Assembly: GCA_028023455.1 (NCBI GenBank) | Contig: JAQFVV010000011.1 | Span: forward strand, 2,728,001-2,792,000 | Direction: 5' to 3' | Length of the DNA: 64,000 nucleotides | DNA from: Epiperipatus broadwayi | Lineage: Eukaryota > Animalia > Onychophora | In this document: positions 51,631 to 64,000 of the stretch, piece by piece | Layout: the number at the start of each line of letters is the position of its first letter | Numbering within the stretch: the first letter of the stretch is position 1 | Notes under the pieces: model-generated | Told to the model about the DNA's origin: nothing | The model's input: the letters and a program-made list of their open reading frames with translations, nothing else | Databases searched by the model: none | Translations under genes and position numbers: made by a program

Positions 51631-51802
51631 TCTAATAAACACTAAATATGACTTCTAAAAAATATCATATATATATATCAATTAGTTTAAAAAATAAAAA
51701 AGTATGATACTTAGTTTTTTAAATGTTGCTTTTTGAACTTGCAATCTTATCTCAAGATTAAAATATAAATAAAAAAGCGATTAAACTAAAATTCAGTTCT
51801 TG

Positions 51803-51909
51803 TTTTCGTATATCATAGCATCGGCCAGGACGCGAACCCACAACCGTCTGCAACCAACTACTTGCTTGCAAGGTAGCTGCGATGACCTCTCGGCTAACAA
51901 CGCTTGACA
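51803..51909 (-). mobile_element. Short tRNA-derived SINE, copy 4
   Basis: Close to the 34527 copy; TSD-like attcagttcttgtt (51791-51804) / attcagtccttgtt (51920-51933). Confidence 0.85.
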
Positions 51910-52323
51910 AAATTGAAATATTCAGTCCTTGTTGAACTCATTTTTTATTTAGATTTCAAGAATATATCACTTATGTTATTAATTGTAAAGTTGAATTCTT
52001 TATAAGGTAGAAAAAAATTGTCATATTATTTTATAAGTATTTACAGATTTTTTTTACATTTTTGTTTATAAAATATATATATCAACTAATTTATTTATTG
52101 TAAAATATTAAAGATCGCCAGTGAAATTTTATTTCATTACTAGATTCTGAATAATAAATATTCAAATTAATAGTATTCTACTTGCATAAATTGATTATTA
52201 AGAACGATATTGGAATAAAAGACAAGGAATATTTGTTATATATATAAACAAAACATTATTTTTAAAAATTAAAAATTTTATTCACTTAAAACAAAAACAA
52301 CAATAACAATAAAAAACATTATA

Positions 52324-53300
52324 CACCTGGGTTTTGTTTATGCAGTAGATAGGTTCCACAGAAAACCCACATTAAAAAAAAAATCGCACAAAAATAGACT
52401 TAATTTATCTTGAAAAATGGGGGATAGGGTCTGTAATTTTCAGAATTTGCATAAAAGCAAAGCAACAAAGAAAAATAATTTTAAAATTCGCATTAAAAAA
52501 ATAAGCAAATAAAGTATGACTAATAAAAAATTTCAAATATTTGAAAAAATTAATACAAGACAAGTTTTTTTTACCTTTTTTTATTAACTACAGTATTTAA
52601 TTTTACATTTTTCATACATATTTTAATCATCACCGCTAGTGTTCATTTGTAAACTAGAAAGAAATCAGACTCTATGTGATGTGATGTATTATAGCTTCTC
52701 CTTAAACAAAGTCAAGAATCTCTCAGCAATTATGCCCAGAGAAACCTGTTAGCCATTTTATTTTTATTCGTGATGTGATGTACAACTAGTGCCATTTTCA
52801 GTCTTGTGCTGTGTTAATGGTTTTCTGTTTCTATATTTAAAAAATGAGATTGAAATCAAAACAAAAAGATTATACATTATCATTAGAAAGATTATTTTCA
52901 GTTTATAAAATCTTCATTTTTTATTTTAAAAATCTAAAAGATTATTTATTTCTGTTATATATAACAAAATATACATTTTAAAAGTTTAATTTTTTTGAAT
53001 TTTTATTGCGATATTTTTATATATATAAATCTATTATTATTATTTATTCATTAGTATAAATAGGTTATTTACATAGAAGCTAAAATTCTAAATACAGCTT
53101 CAGGCCATATTCACGTTAACTGCCAATATAATGTTATGTTTTTGAAAAAAAAAGTATTTCAAGTGAAAATAAATTATTAATCATTTAAATTTTTTGATAT
53201 CTAATAAATATAGTGAAATATGAAAGATATTAAGAAGAAACATGAATCGCATAACTTCAAAATCACATTAAAATAATCCACATAAAACGAGACCCAGGTG
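52324..53300 (-). mobile_element. Non-autonomous Tc1/mariner (Tigger-like) element, copy 2
   Basis: TIR CACCTGGGTTTTGTTTATG / CATAAAACGAGACCCAGGTG; internal sequence colinear with the reverse complement of 43657-44715. Confidence 0.85.
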
Positions 53301-53324
53301 TGCACTATTATTCTTTATTGATGT

Positions 53325-53535
53325 TTGTAATAAACTGGTAGCAACATTTTTTTTTTCTGAAAAAAAAAAACTTTTAATGTTAGTGAAACAAAAAAAAATT
53401 TTTTTTTTTATATTAATTAAAGCTGAGGGTGCTTTCGATGTGAATCACATCGAAAGGGTTCCCAGCTATAATTAATATGAAAAAAAAAACCCTTCCTTTC
53501 GCTACTTTTAAAACATTGCTAGCAGTTTATTATAT
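53325..53535. repeat. Nested imperfect palindrome
   Basis: Core ctttcgatgtg-aat-cacatcgaaag; outer arms taataaactggtagcaac / attgctagcagtttatta. Confidence 0.7.
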
Positions 53536-54114
53536 ACTATTATAAATTCATTTTTTAGGAAATTTTTGTTTTATTTGGTATTGAACCAGATGCTAATAAA
53601 TTAGTATGATATTAATGAATGGGAAAAATTTTGAGTAAAAAATCTGCAGGTTATTTGAAGATCATATATCATATTTAAAATAAAAACAAAAACTATATCT
53701 TTATATTAAAAAAACTAATGTAATAACATATCTAAATAGACAATTGCATGGTAACTCAATTAGAATTCAAAACTAAAGCAAATATTTTAACTTAACGGAA
53801 TGTTAAAAAAAAAAGATATCAATAACAAAAAAAGAACAAAAAGTATAATGTTGTTACTACAAAAAAAATTAAAGGAAGTGATAGAGGAAATAAGTATAAT
53901 TGTTGATTCAAGAAATTTTTGACTGGAACACCTAAGTGTTTAAGTATCCTAGGATGATGAACCCTAAAACATTTTGATTCATCATAGATAGATACGCTCA
54001 TGAAATTTGGAATGTCCTTTATTGTAAAATATTTTAACCATTTCTTATAATTTCAATATAAATAATCATATTCTAATAGATTCCTTTACTCTCTGAGTAT
54101 TTGATTTATCCCTT

Positions 54115-54505
54115 ACAATTTGGAGAGTCTATAAATACCTACTTTTGCAATATATAATGACATCTATCCTGGATTGTTCTGATCAGAGTTTTCTTGAAAG
54201 GGCTGACTCCTCCAAGCTATGTAGAGCACAAGCCAAGAGGGGCCTGTAAAATTTGACACTCCCTGTAGATATGTATCATAGTTTGTGGTTTCCACAATCA
54301 CAGTTTGGAAAGTCTATAAATCCATACTTATGCAATATATATAATGACATCTATCCTGGCTAGTTCTGATTCTGTTAATCTTTGAACGGAGTTTCCTTGG
54401 GAGTGTGGAAGATCATAAACTACGGTAAATATATCTATGGAATGTCAAGTTCACTAAGTCCCTATTGGCTTCTTTGCTCTGCATAGCTTGGAAGGGTCAG
54501 CTCTT
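54115..54505. repeat. A-B-A'-inverted B repeat arrangement
   Basis: A at 54115-54185 and 54300-54370; B at 54200-54295 is inverted at 54400-54500. Confidence 0.7.
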
Positions 54506-55067
54506 GGTTGGTTAAGAACTGTTGGAGTTGAATTTTAATATACTAGCACCATACGATAAATAAATAATATATTTCTTGATAAGGAAGATATTAATAAAGT
54601 TTAAACACCATTGAGAATATCCAAGAATCTTTGTAAGGTAACCGTGCATGCAGTTATATATATAGAAAGTCTGTTTGTGTAGATAAAAAGTGTTTATCGT
54701 TTTATTTTTAAAACTTTTTAAAAGATGTTCTTATATGTTATTAGCAGCTGAGCTTTTCGAAAAAGTATTCAACACAAATCTTCTGGGGGAAAAAATTTTT
54801 AATTCACAAAACTTGACAGATAAAATTTACAATTCTAAACATATTTCTCAAACTTGTTTTATTTTCTTAATATAAAGTTCTTGAGTGACAAATCTATGAG
54901 TGAATTTCTAGATTAAAGTTTAGAGAAGTTAATGTGATAGACTGCCATGCTCTGTATTATGACGAATGATAGTTCCCGATTAAAAAATAGAGGTTAATAA
55001 ATACGTAATTAATAACTGACACTTATATAAAGGCTTAGTCTGATTTATTATTATACAGGCCTATTAT

Positions 55068-55700
55068 ATACCTGTATTAATATAGTAATATGTAGGGTAT
55101 ATGAGCACAGACTTTCACATAACCCACCACTCACCACTCTATCTCATTTCACTGATACTCTTGAACACATATATGTCGAAAAGATAAATAATCACCAATA
55201 TACGTATTTCATACTAAACCAGCAATCATCAGTTTGTACAGATTATCATCTCCACACGTATATGCAACAAGTGCTCAGATATATATTAACCAATCTTCAC
55301 TCTTTAATGGACAGGCTTCAATCCACACCACACTCCAACTCCTTAACCATCCATCCAATTGAAAATCTGATGATGGAACGCTCAAAGGCCACCCTGAGAC
55401 TGAGATTCTTGCCACACTCATGTGACGGTTAAAGAGTTGGAATGTGGAGTGGACTGAAGCCTGTCCATTAAAGTGTGAAGATTGGTTACCTTAATATATA
55501 TATATATATCTGAGCACTTATTGCATATAAGTGTAGAGATGATAATCTGGACCAACTGATGATTGCTAGTTTAGCATGAAATATGTATATTGGTGGTTAT
55601 TTATTTTTTCGCCACATATGTGTTCAAGTGTATCAGTGATATGAGATAGAGTGGTGAGTAGTGGGTCATATGAAAGTCTGTATTTATATACCCTATATGG
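55068..55700. mobile_element. PLE family A inverted pair with HHRs at 55194-55237 (-) and 55551-55594 (+)
   Basis: Plus copy ACCAA-CTGATGA-TTGCT agttt AGCAT-GAAA-TATGTA-TA-TTGGT; inversion junction near 55420. Confidence 0.8.
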
Positions 55701-57529
55701 TGAATAGTTTTAGAAAAAAAGAAATTTGCATAAATTCCATTTTTAAAGAAAGTAGTATTCATCTCCTATTGCAGAAGTGTAATGTTTTGGATTCTGCAAT
55801 ATTTTTAAATATGTACTATTAGCAGAATATGTACTCTGTAAACTGAGTGAAAAACTTAAGGGTGGGTGGGTGCTATTGACAAAAAAATTATTTAACACAT
55901 TTGCCACATAAAGTCATCTCAGAAAGTAGCAGATCTGGGTCATGCATATTAATTTCCCGAGTATCTATTCTATGATGATGACAAACCATATTACTACTCT
56001 TATACAACCCCTCCCCCGATGGCTAGGGTTGTTAAAAGTTCAGTATTATAAATCATGCAGAATATCAGTTACTTATTTTTAGTGCACTGATGTAATGAAT
56101 GATCATGTGACATAAACTCCTTAAATAAAATTACAATCTTCTATGCATAAGCCATATGTCCTGATACTATTTTATCTAAGTTAAATATTCCTCACTTTAA
56201 ATGGTTTTAATAAACTCTGGAATTCAGGGATGATGAATTGTGGTCCAGCTCTATCAGTTTTAATGCTTGAACTTCTTATGAACTCATTAGCAATAAACTA
56301 TGTAATTATTTTGTAATGATCATTGTAGTGTTTGCAAACACAGAACTGCACAAAAATATTTTATTCTGAACTCATATACAATATATATACACCATCTGAT
56401 ATTCCATTCACCTAATACCATTGGCAAGTTGTAACATCTAGTTAACTGACATTAATTAAAGCAAAGGATTGCAGTTGCCCTTCTAGCTCTGCCTAACAAT
56501 TCCATCTGTACCATGGAAGCTTGCCTCTTTAGCATCTAGCAGCTTCCAGTTCAATTGTGAATATGCTTCACTGCTTCTAAAATCAAATATGGGACAATCA
56601 GTGCATTATCCATTGTTGCTTGTCTCTATCTCCAAATGGACTGCCATTTTATAGTCAGGCCTCTTCCTTAATGAGAGCAATTTGATTACTGAACATCTTT
56701 ACCTATTGGCCTATTTGTGTGATATACTCATTAGACTAGCAATAAATGCTGAATATGATCAAGATATGATTAATAATATGGAAAAGTCCATTACTTGAAA
56801 ATGAATTGAACCATATAGGTTATATATCACAACATAGTCATTTATTTTTTCCTCTATTATTCTCTTCCAATTTAAAAATCCCTGAATCATTCTTCCCCAA
56901 AACTTTCTCTCCCTTCCCTCATCACACTTTAATAAAAGCAGTTCCATTCATTTCAGTATTGTCATATTTCTCTTTTTTTTCACTCACTATGATTTTTTCT
57001 GACCTTTCAAAATCCTACTTATCAAAAATAAAAATATAACACTCGCTATATTTTTATATAAAGCATATTTGCACGTAAAACTTTTATTCTATTTTGCCTT
57101 ATTTTCTTCATTTTGGAAAATCCTATTTTTGCACTAAAACAACAATAAGTTTCATCTAGATTGAAAAACATTCTTTCAACTTTTATATATGGCAATAACC
57201 TCTATTTACCCTACATCTTGTTTTAAGACAGCAGGCATTAATTGCAAATTGATTTTATTTAGGCATTGTAATTTATACTTAAAAGAAAATAAATTTTCAA
57301 TTATATAGTGTATCAAACGAATTTTATTTTATTTTTACCAAAACTTTCGTTTTCGTTTTGCAGCCAACTGCTAACTCAGTTTCAAATCAATAGAATATTT
57401 TTAATTTAGATCATTATTAACTTTAAGTAGTATATTAAATTCACTAGCTGCAAACAATATACATTTTTTTTCTATCAGTAATTTGTCCCTTTTGATAAGT
57501 AATTAAATAAAAAGTCATTGCGAATGTGA

Positions 57530-57930
57530 TATGATGCACTGTGACTTCTCATTACACAAAGTCAGGAATCTCTCAGCAACTATACCCAGAGAAACCTGTT
57601 AGGCACTTTGATTTCCCTTTCCATTCCCCACCCAAGTTTTCACATATTCTTCTCTATTCTGCTCTATTCCATTTCCACGATATAATCTTTGTCAATTCCA
57701 TGACCTTTATATCTAAAACCCCTTATCTTTTCCTAAACCCAGCATAAAAACCAATAAGCCACTTTCTGTATAATCACTTTGTTCATATTTATTCTTCCAC
57801 AACTTCATTATTTGTATCCTTTTTACTTTCAGACATTTGCATTCAATTAACAGATGCCTAATATTTCCTATGCCTTTCTTACACAACTTGAAGACTAAAT
57901 CACCCATATTTTTCCATTTGAGTATAGATC
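57530..57930 (-). mobile_element. LINE 3' end with CCHC zinc-knuckle remnant
   Basis: FKLCKKGIGNIRHLLIECKCL; 3' UTR shared with 62160-62540. Confidence 0.7.
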
Positions 57931-58059
57931 ATTTTTCCATCTGGTATTCAAATTTTTGATTAATATTAAAAAAATAAGAAGAAAAAATACAACTGTATTA
58001 CATTGTCTAAAGATATAACTGACAATTAGTCTCAAGACAGTTATCTAGATACAAGTTTT

Positions 58060-58860
58060 TTATTCAGCTATAAAAAGGCCATCATTTTTGTAATAGTTTT
58101 TTTTTAATTGGTTGCTTTAACAAATCTTTTTACGATTTAATATAAATTAAACACATTTTATTTACATTATATAGGTGCTATCACAGAAAGCACTTTAGTT
58201 ACAAATAATAATAATTTAATAATGATTAAAAATAATTACAAATTTCTGTACTTTGTTGTAAATTGAATTATAAGATACTATGTAACTAAACTTAAGTACT
58301 TTCTGTGACATATTAAAATCTTATAGTTTATATTAAATCTTAAAAAAAATTGTTAAAGTAATCAATTAAAAAAAAACTATTACAAAAACGGCAACCTTTT
58401 GTCAGCATTACAGACAAACATTCACATGGATTTTATATATTTTGATTATATAGATATTATCATGGAAAGTACTTATATTTAGTTACAAATAATAATTTAA
58501 TTTAAAATATTCATAAATTTCCATTGTTTGCCTGTTACAAATCGGATAAGATACTAATGAACGTTTCGGTATGTCACTGTGATCTTTGAGAAGATGATTC
58601 ATTTATAAAATTTTATTTGCCTTATAGAGATATTATTACAGAATGTACTTAAGTTTTATTACAAATAATAATTTAATAATAATTAAAAATATTTATAAAA
58701 TTTTCATACTTTGTCTGCTGTAAATTGGATTATAAGGTACTATATAGTGGTTTGGCATGTCATTATGGTCATTTATTTTGGTATTGTTTTATAATTATGA
58801 GGGCACTCTAATAAAATATTACAGACAAACATATATTCACTTGAATTTTATATATAAGAT
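58060..58860 (+). mobile_element. Possible Helentron/DINE-1-like non-autonomous repeats
   Basis: Subterminal inverted repeat (58070-58110 vs 58360-58400), three internal subrepeats, two acagacaaaca...ttttatatat ends. Confidence 0.4.
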
Positions 58861-59182
58861 TTTCTCTCCATATTAAACATATTTTTTAAAATTAATTTTT
58901 TAAAAATTTGTATATCATTTATTTATTTGATAATTATAAAATATTTTATACAAAATAAACAAAATGAAAATCCCAATTAATGTAAAAGTCAGAATTGAAT
59001 TTACAAGAATACCATTTATTTTTATTTAATTGCCACTCTACCTATGATTTGGGTTCAAATCTGTTTCTAGTTTGGTAATATTTTTATAATGCTTCACACA
59101 AGTTCTGCTTGTTTGGAGTTATTCTCTTTTATATATATTGTGTTTTCCTGAAGGTTTTTGAGATGATGGTGTTTTAGTTGTA

Positions 59183-59379
59183 TTTATATGTTGGACTATT
59201 TTCATCATCTAATATGAGTTTGGAATATGTTTAGAAAAATTTACCTATATTTAAATATTTCAAATACATTCAACTGCTATTTCCATCAGTTGAATGTATT
59301 TGAAATATTTAAATAAAGTAAAATTTTTCTAAAGACATTTACTACTCATATTAGATGATAGAAATAGTCCAACATATAT
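59183..59379. repeat. ~90-bp-arm hairpin of the TTGGACTATTTCCATCATCTA family
   Basis: Arms pair throughout; loop ctatttccat resembles the family terminus itself. Confidence 0.85.
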
Positions 59380-60796
59380 ATGTTAATTCTAATATTCTCA
59401 TGGATAAACGAATTCATAATATTATTTCCAGGAGCTTCAGCATTATAAAAATATAATAGCTAAATATCTAACATTTCAGTATAATAATGATTACTTTCCT
59501 CAGATTTTCTTCTTTTTCAAATCATAAAAATGTGTGTGATAAGATTGAAATCATTAATTTTTTTTTGAAATCTCATCACACATATTCTTATGGTTTGAGA
59601 AAAAAGGAACTTTGATGAAAGTACTTCTTATTGTATGGAAACATCAGTTATATACTATTATATTTTTATTACATGGAAGCTCCAGGAAATGAAATTCAAT
59701 TTTCTTGATCAAAAATAATATCTATATTCTGATTATCATATAAAATCACATCTCTGTGGATGTATGTGCATCTCTTTATATAGACCAAGTTACATTAATA
59801 GATGTAATTCTTTGATCACTATAATTTGAAAAAATTTTAAACCCAAGCTAACTTTTTTTTGTAACTACATTGGTCTGACATGAGGTCAAAATCTAAATAT
59901 TTTAATAATTATTTATATGGAAATTCAAAAACTTGATATCTGGCACAAAATGATATACGTATCAAGCAATATATCCCATAACTTTTTTAGCTTATGGGTA
60001 CATCTCTATTAACAACAGTAATCTGCTCCATCACTACATTCCTCAATAATCTATGTGTGAGTAATTTGTGAAAAACAGGTAGCCGTGTCAATCAAGTCCC
60101 TACACTAATTTTTGACTATTAGTTTTTTTCAACCTAGAAAGACAATCCCATAATATAGTGCTCAGAATCAAATGATCACAAAAAAAAAAATAAAGGAGGC
60201 ATTTTACATTAATGGAAACATCCATGCTATTAATAGGAAAGACACTTGCTTTGAAATCTCGAAGAAATGGGCTACATAATACTAGCTCATTTGAATATTT
60301 GCATATATTTTACTATACATTTTATGAAGGCTATGAATATGGGGCATGGATCCTCGAAAACGTTAAGCCAATAAACTTTAATATTAATTTATATCTTCTT
60401 CTTTATTAACAATTATAAATAAATGTTCTTTTGTTATACTATTAGATGTAAATATTTGAAAGTTTCAGATTCTCTTAAGTTTGATTTTCAAATTCTTTTA
60501 ACTGCTAGAAGAATATGGACAATCAAATGTTCACCAGTATCAAATGCCAATTTTAGAGAAATTAATTTGTGGATTGTTTTACAGTTGCTATCTTATATGT
60601 ACAGGTTACTTACACTTATAGATATGGATCTAGAATAAAGTGTTAGGCTAAAATTATGCTAATATAGATATTGAATCTAAATTTTAAAAAATATGCAATG
60701 CTTTGCTTAATGTAATAAATTTATTTATATATAAAATAAAGTTTTTACATAATATATTTCAAATAATCTTTATTGAGACTTAATAATGCTATAAAG

Positions 60797-60830
60797 TAGG
60801 GATCAGCAAACTGTGGCTCACAGGCCAAAT
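60797..60830 (+). mobile_element. hAT/Charlie-like terminal remnant
   Basis: tagggatcagcaaactgtggctcacaggccaaat resembles the CAGGGGTCGGCAAACT...GGCCAAAT ends of Charlie-type elements; no partner end seen. Confidence 0.4.
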
Positions 60831-61110
60831 ATGACTTCTTGATACCACCCTCCCTGCTTTTTTTATCATGATAAAAACAACACATTCCTCTTATAATTTG
60901 TTAATAAATATGTTGATGACTTTAGGAGAGGAAAATTGTTCACTACAATGTTATTATTTGAATTCAGTCTTTAATTATTGTCAATGATGAATGTTTAAAT
61001 ATTAGATATTTGTGAATAAATCAAACTGTCAAAATAATTCATTGTTTTGTTTAATTGAGATTGTGCTTTACGCAAAAAAGTGAAGCTTGTCTAACTCTTA
61101 CAAAGTTATA

Positions 61111-61620
61111 TGGCTTAGCACTTTTGGAGACCTTGAGTCTCCATAATCATAGCCTACTTTTAACTGAAGTTTAGTTGTGGTTTATGTAAAATTTATGCAA
61201 ATTTTATAATGACCATTTTCTGGAGATTGTAAAGCACGATTCTTTCCGGTTTATTGCATAATTATCATTTGCAATAAAACATGCCTCTTTGATTTTTCAT
61301 TTCACATCATTGCGTTCAGTGCACAGTGCCCTTGCTATAGTGGGTTCAAACATATGGCCAGTTGTATTTTGGTGCTCGAAGAATATGGATCTGTTTTCAT
61401 CATTATTTATAGCTTTTCTGTACAAATAACGATGATGAGCTGTTCTTGTTGTGATGTTGGCACGGATCTCCCCATAGTATGCCACTCTACATCCATTGGT
61501 TGGGCATGAAATTTTATAAACTGCTTGGGATATTTGATCAGAAGGTATTTTGTTTGTTTATTTGCAAGAGAACTTTTTATTTGTTTGGATGTCTAAGGAT
61601 TTTATAACATTCTCTTGCTA
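61111..61620 (-). mobile_element. PLE GIY-YIG remnant (family B) with HHR variant at 61111-61155
   Basis: AVYKISCPTNGCRVAYYGEIRANITTRTAHHRYLY...EHQNTTGHMFEP; HHR AGGCT-ATGATTAT-GGAGAC tcaag GTCTCC-AAAA-GTGC-TA-AGCCA. Confidence 0.85.
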
Positions 61621-62159
61621 AAGTAAAATTTCAAATATAACCACAGCCATGCAGAAATTCATATTTTTTATGAACATATTTTCCACGTCTTTCCTTAAAT
61701 CTCTTTTAGGGTTGGGGGGTGGGGGGTGGAGGGAGATGGCTCTTCATGTTAAAAAATTTACTGAACCTGCTATGAAGAAATAAAAAATAAAAGAATATTA
61801 AATGGTGATGTGTTACTTATAGGTATAAATTGGACTATTTTCATGAATTAATTTTTTTTTTAAATTCAAACTTTTACTTTTTTAAAAAATAATTAACTAT
61901 TAGTAATAACACACAAGTTAGTATAAACACAATGTTTTGAGTTTATTTTTTCTCTATTTCTTCTATAAATACTGTTGGTCTGAATAGTTCTAATACAAAG
62001 ATTGACGTTAATGTGGTGCTCTAATCTGCTAAACTATTCTGTATATAGAAGTAAACAGAATATTGGGTGTGAGTTAATTTATGATAATAGCAAGAAAAGT
62101 AGTTTACTGTTTAAGGCTTGAACAGAATCATTAGCAACTAGCAAATATACACATAAATG

Positions 62160-62540
62160 AAAAAATGTGGGTGATGTAAGGAAGGCAGTGAAAATATTAG
62201 GCATCTGCTAATTGAATGTAAATGCTTACAGGCAGAAAAGTTACAAATAATGAAGTTGTGGGAGAATAAATGTAAACAAAGTGATTATATAGAAAGTGGG
62301 TTCTTAGTTTTTATGCTGTGTTTGGAAAAAAGATAAGGGGGATGTAGATATAAAGGCTATAGAGTAGACAAAGATGATGTTGTGGAAATGGGATGTAGCA
62401 GAATAGAGAGGAATATGGGAAAAGTTAAGAGTGGAAAATGGAAATAGAAGGTAAGGTGGCTAAGAAGTTTCTCTGGGCATAGTGGCCGAGAGATTCCTGA
62501 CTTCAATAAGAGTAGCACAATGCATCATACTGCATTGCAT
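62160..62540 (+). mobile_element. LINE 3' end, same family as 57.5-57.9 kb
   Basis: ENIRHLLIECKCLQAEKLQIMKLWENK and shared 3' UTR gtggctaagaagtttctctgggcata. Confidence 0.7.
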
Positions 62541-64000
62541 CTGTCAAAGACAATAGTAATTTGAAATTTAATGTTATTATTTATGAAGGCCCTCCTATTT
62601 GTTTCTTTCAAGGGCAGGATTAGTGAATAGTTTTCAAATATTATGGATTATCATACTAGATTGACTTATGGGAAATAAGAATATTAAGTATCAATTATAT
62701 GAAATGCTTTTAATTAATATATAAAAAATTATTTAACAAATTTATTCTGCAATATGAATAAAGCAAAAATTATGACTCCAAATGTGGCAACTATATGTAA
62801 TCTTATTTTATACAACTGTAATATTTATTTCTGAAATATCTATATAAAACTGGAATACTGGTTTTCTAAACAAAAAAAATAATTAAACAGAAATAAGAAA
62901 ATTTAGCTATTCTGTAAAGACTACTACTAATAATAGATATCTTGAAGATGATGAATAATCTCATTTAATCTTAGAAAATAATCCAAAATTGTATAAGATT
63001 TTAAATCAATGGCATATGAGTAATCAAATAGTTTCATTGTTTGGAATTCCATGTACCATTCAAGCACTAAACGTTACAAGTTGATCTTTGATTCATAGAA
63101 CTTTAGTCATTAAATCTACTGTTCCACAACTACACTAAACTAGGTAAAGAGTATTCAGGAATTGAACTTCTAATATTTATAACAACAATCCATCTTTTTA
63201 AAAAGCTTATTCTAGAGAAAGTTTTGATGCACTAACTCATACCAGAAAATACAATGAGTTCACCTGTACAGAAAATTACTCAGCAGGATTCTCTATTGTT
63301 TAATTCAAATGCTAAACATTCCAGGCATGGTTGTTAATATTAATAAATGTGGTACATGTAGACCAATCTATAAAAACCAAATTGAATAATTTATTGCACA
63401 GGGATTCATAAAAAGCACCAGAAATGGTAGAACAGGATGTGATCTATGAACCTTATTAAACTCCAGGGTGTACTATTCTGTGCTTACCTAAATCATATAG
63501 GCAAATGATGTATAAGAGATGATGATCTCTTCAAAAATAAAATTTCCTAAGCATATTGAATCTTAAAAATATTTTTAGTAATAAAAAGATGTGACATCAA
63601 ATGACAATATTGAATTAATTATTATGTTTTATACATTTAATGGTAGTTTTAACTTCTTCTATTTAGAGTTATCTATAATAACAAATTTGCAAGTCACCAG
63701 TGACTAGTAATAGCAATAATTTTCAACAGATAATACTTACATAGGAAGATTTTTATGTATAAGATAATTTATGTACAAGCTATGTGTGAAATTAACTTCT
63801 ATGCTTACTATTAGTTACAATTTTGGATCATCAATTACTTGAAGTTAATAGACCAGTTTTTTTTCTAATGAATAACTAGAAAAATCAATAATAATCAATG
63901 AGGAATGCATTTTCTAAACAATAAAATATGCGATTTGTGGGAGTTTCTGTAATTACAAATATCTTCAGGTACATCTTTACTTTAAAATGCTCAGTTATCA

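Noticed and set aside
54172-54212. ctgatca-gagttttctt-gaaa as an HHR
   Set aside because: G8 missing without a compensatory change; no UH site or stem I.
56330-56760. R1/LOA-like LINE remnant (KWQSIWR) on minus
   Set aside because: One weak motif only.
1-64000. CRISPR arrays, rRNA, prokaryotic operons
   Set aside because: No regularly spaced repeat-spacer array or rRNA-like sequence; the content is eukaryotic repeat DNA.

Overview
AT-rich, CpG-depleted eukaryotic (invertebrate-like) non-genic DNA. I found no intact protein-coding gene, rRNA, functional tRNA or CRISPR array; most ORF-track entries are decayed transposon frames or antisense shadows. The window is dense with retroelement remains: RTE-type LINE 3' ends, a ~2.2 kb APE+RT LINE, two tRNA-derived SINE families (three copies with TSDs), a Tc1/mariner-type MITE pair, and many Penelope-like element (PLE) remnants. 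By eye, the PLE-type sequences carry about 20 minimal type-I hammerhead ribozyme (HHR) motifs in five families (A-E), each with its own palindromic stem III. Highlights: (1) a young ~540 bp non-coding retrozyme-like element at 42.27-42.81 kb, with two tandem HHRs whose cleavage sites lie 382 nt apart; (2) an HHR family in which the conserved C3-G8 pair is replaced by A3-U8, with covarying stem II; (3) a PLE family with tRNA-type A/B boxes between the GIY-YIG remnant and the HHR; (4) several MITE-like palindromes that appear to be PLE fold-backs, some with junctions at HHR positions. All calls come from manual reading; no searches or folding were run.
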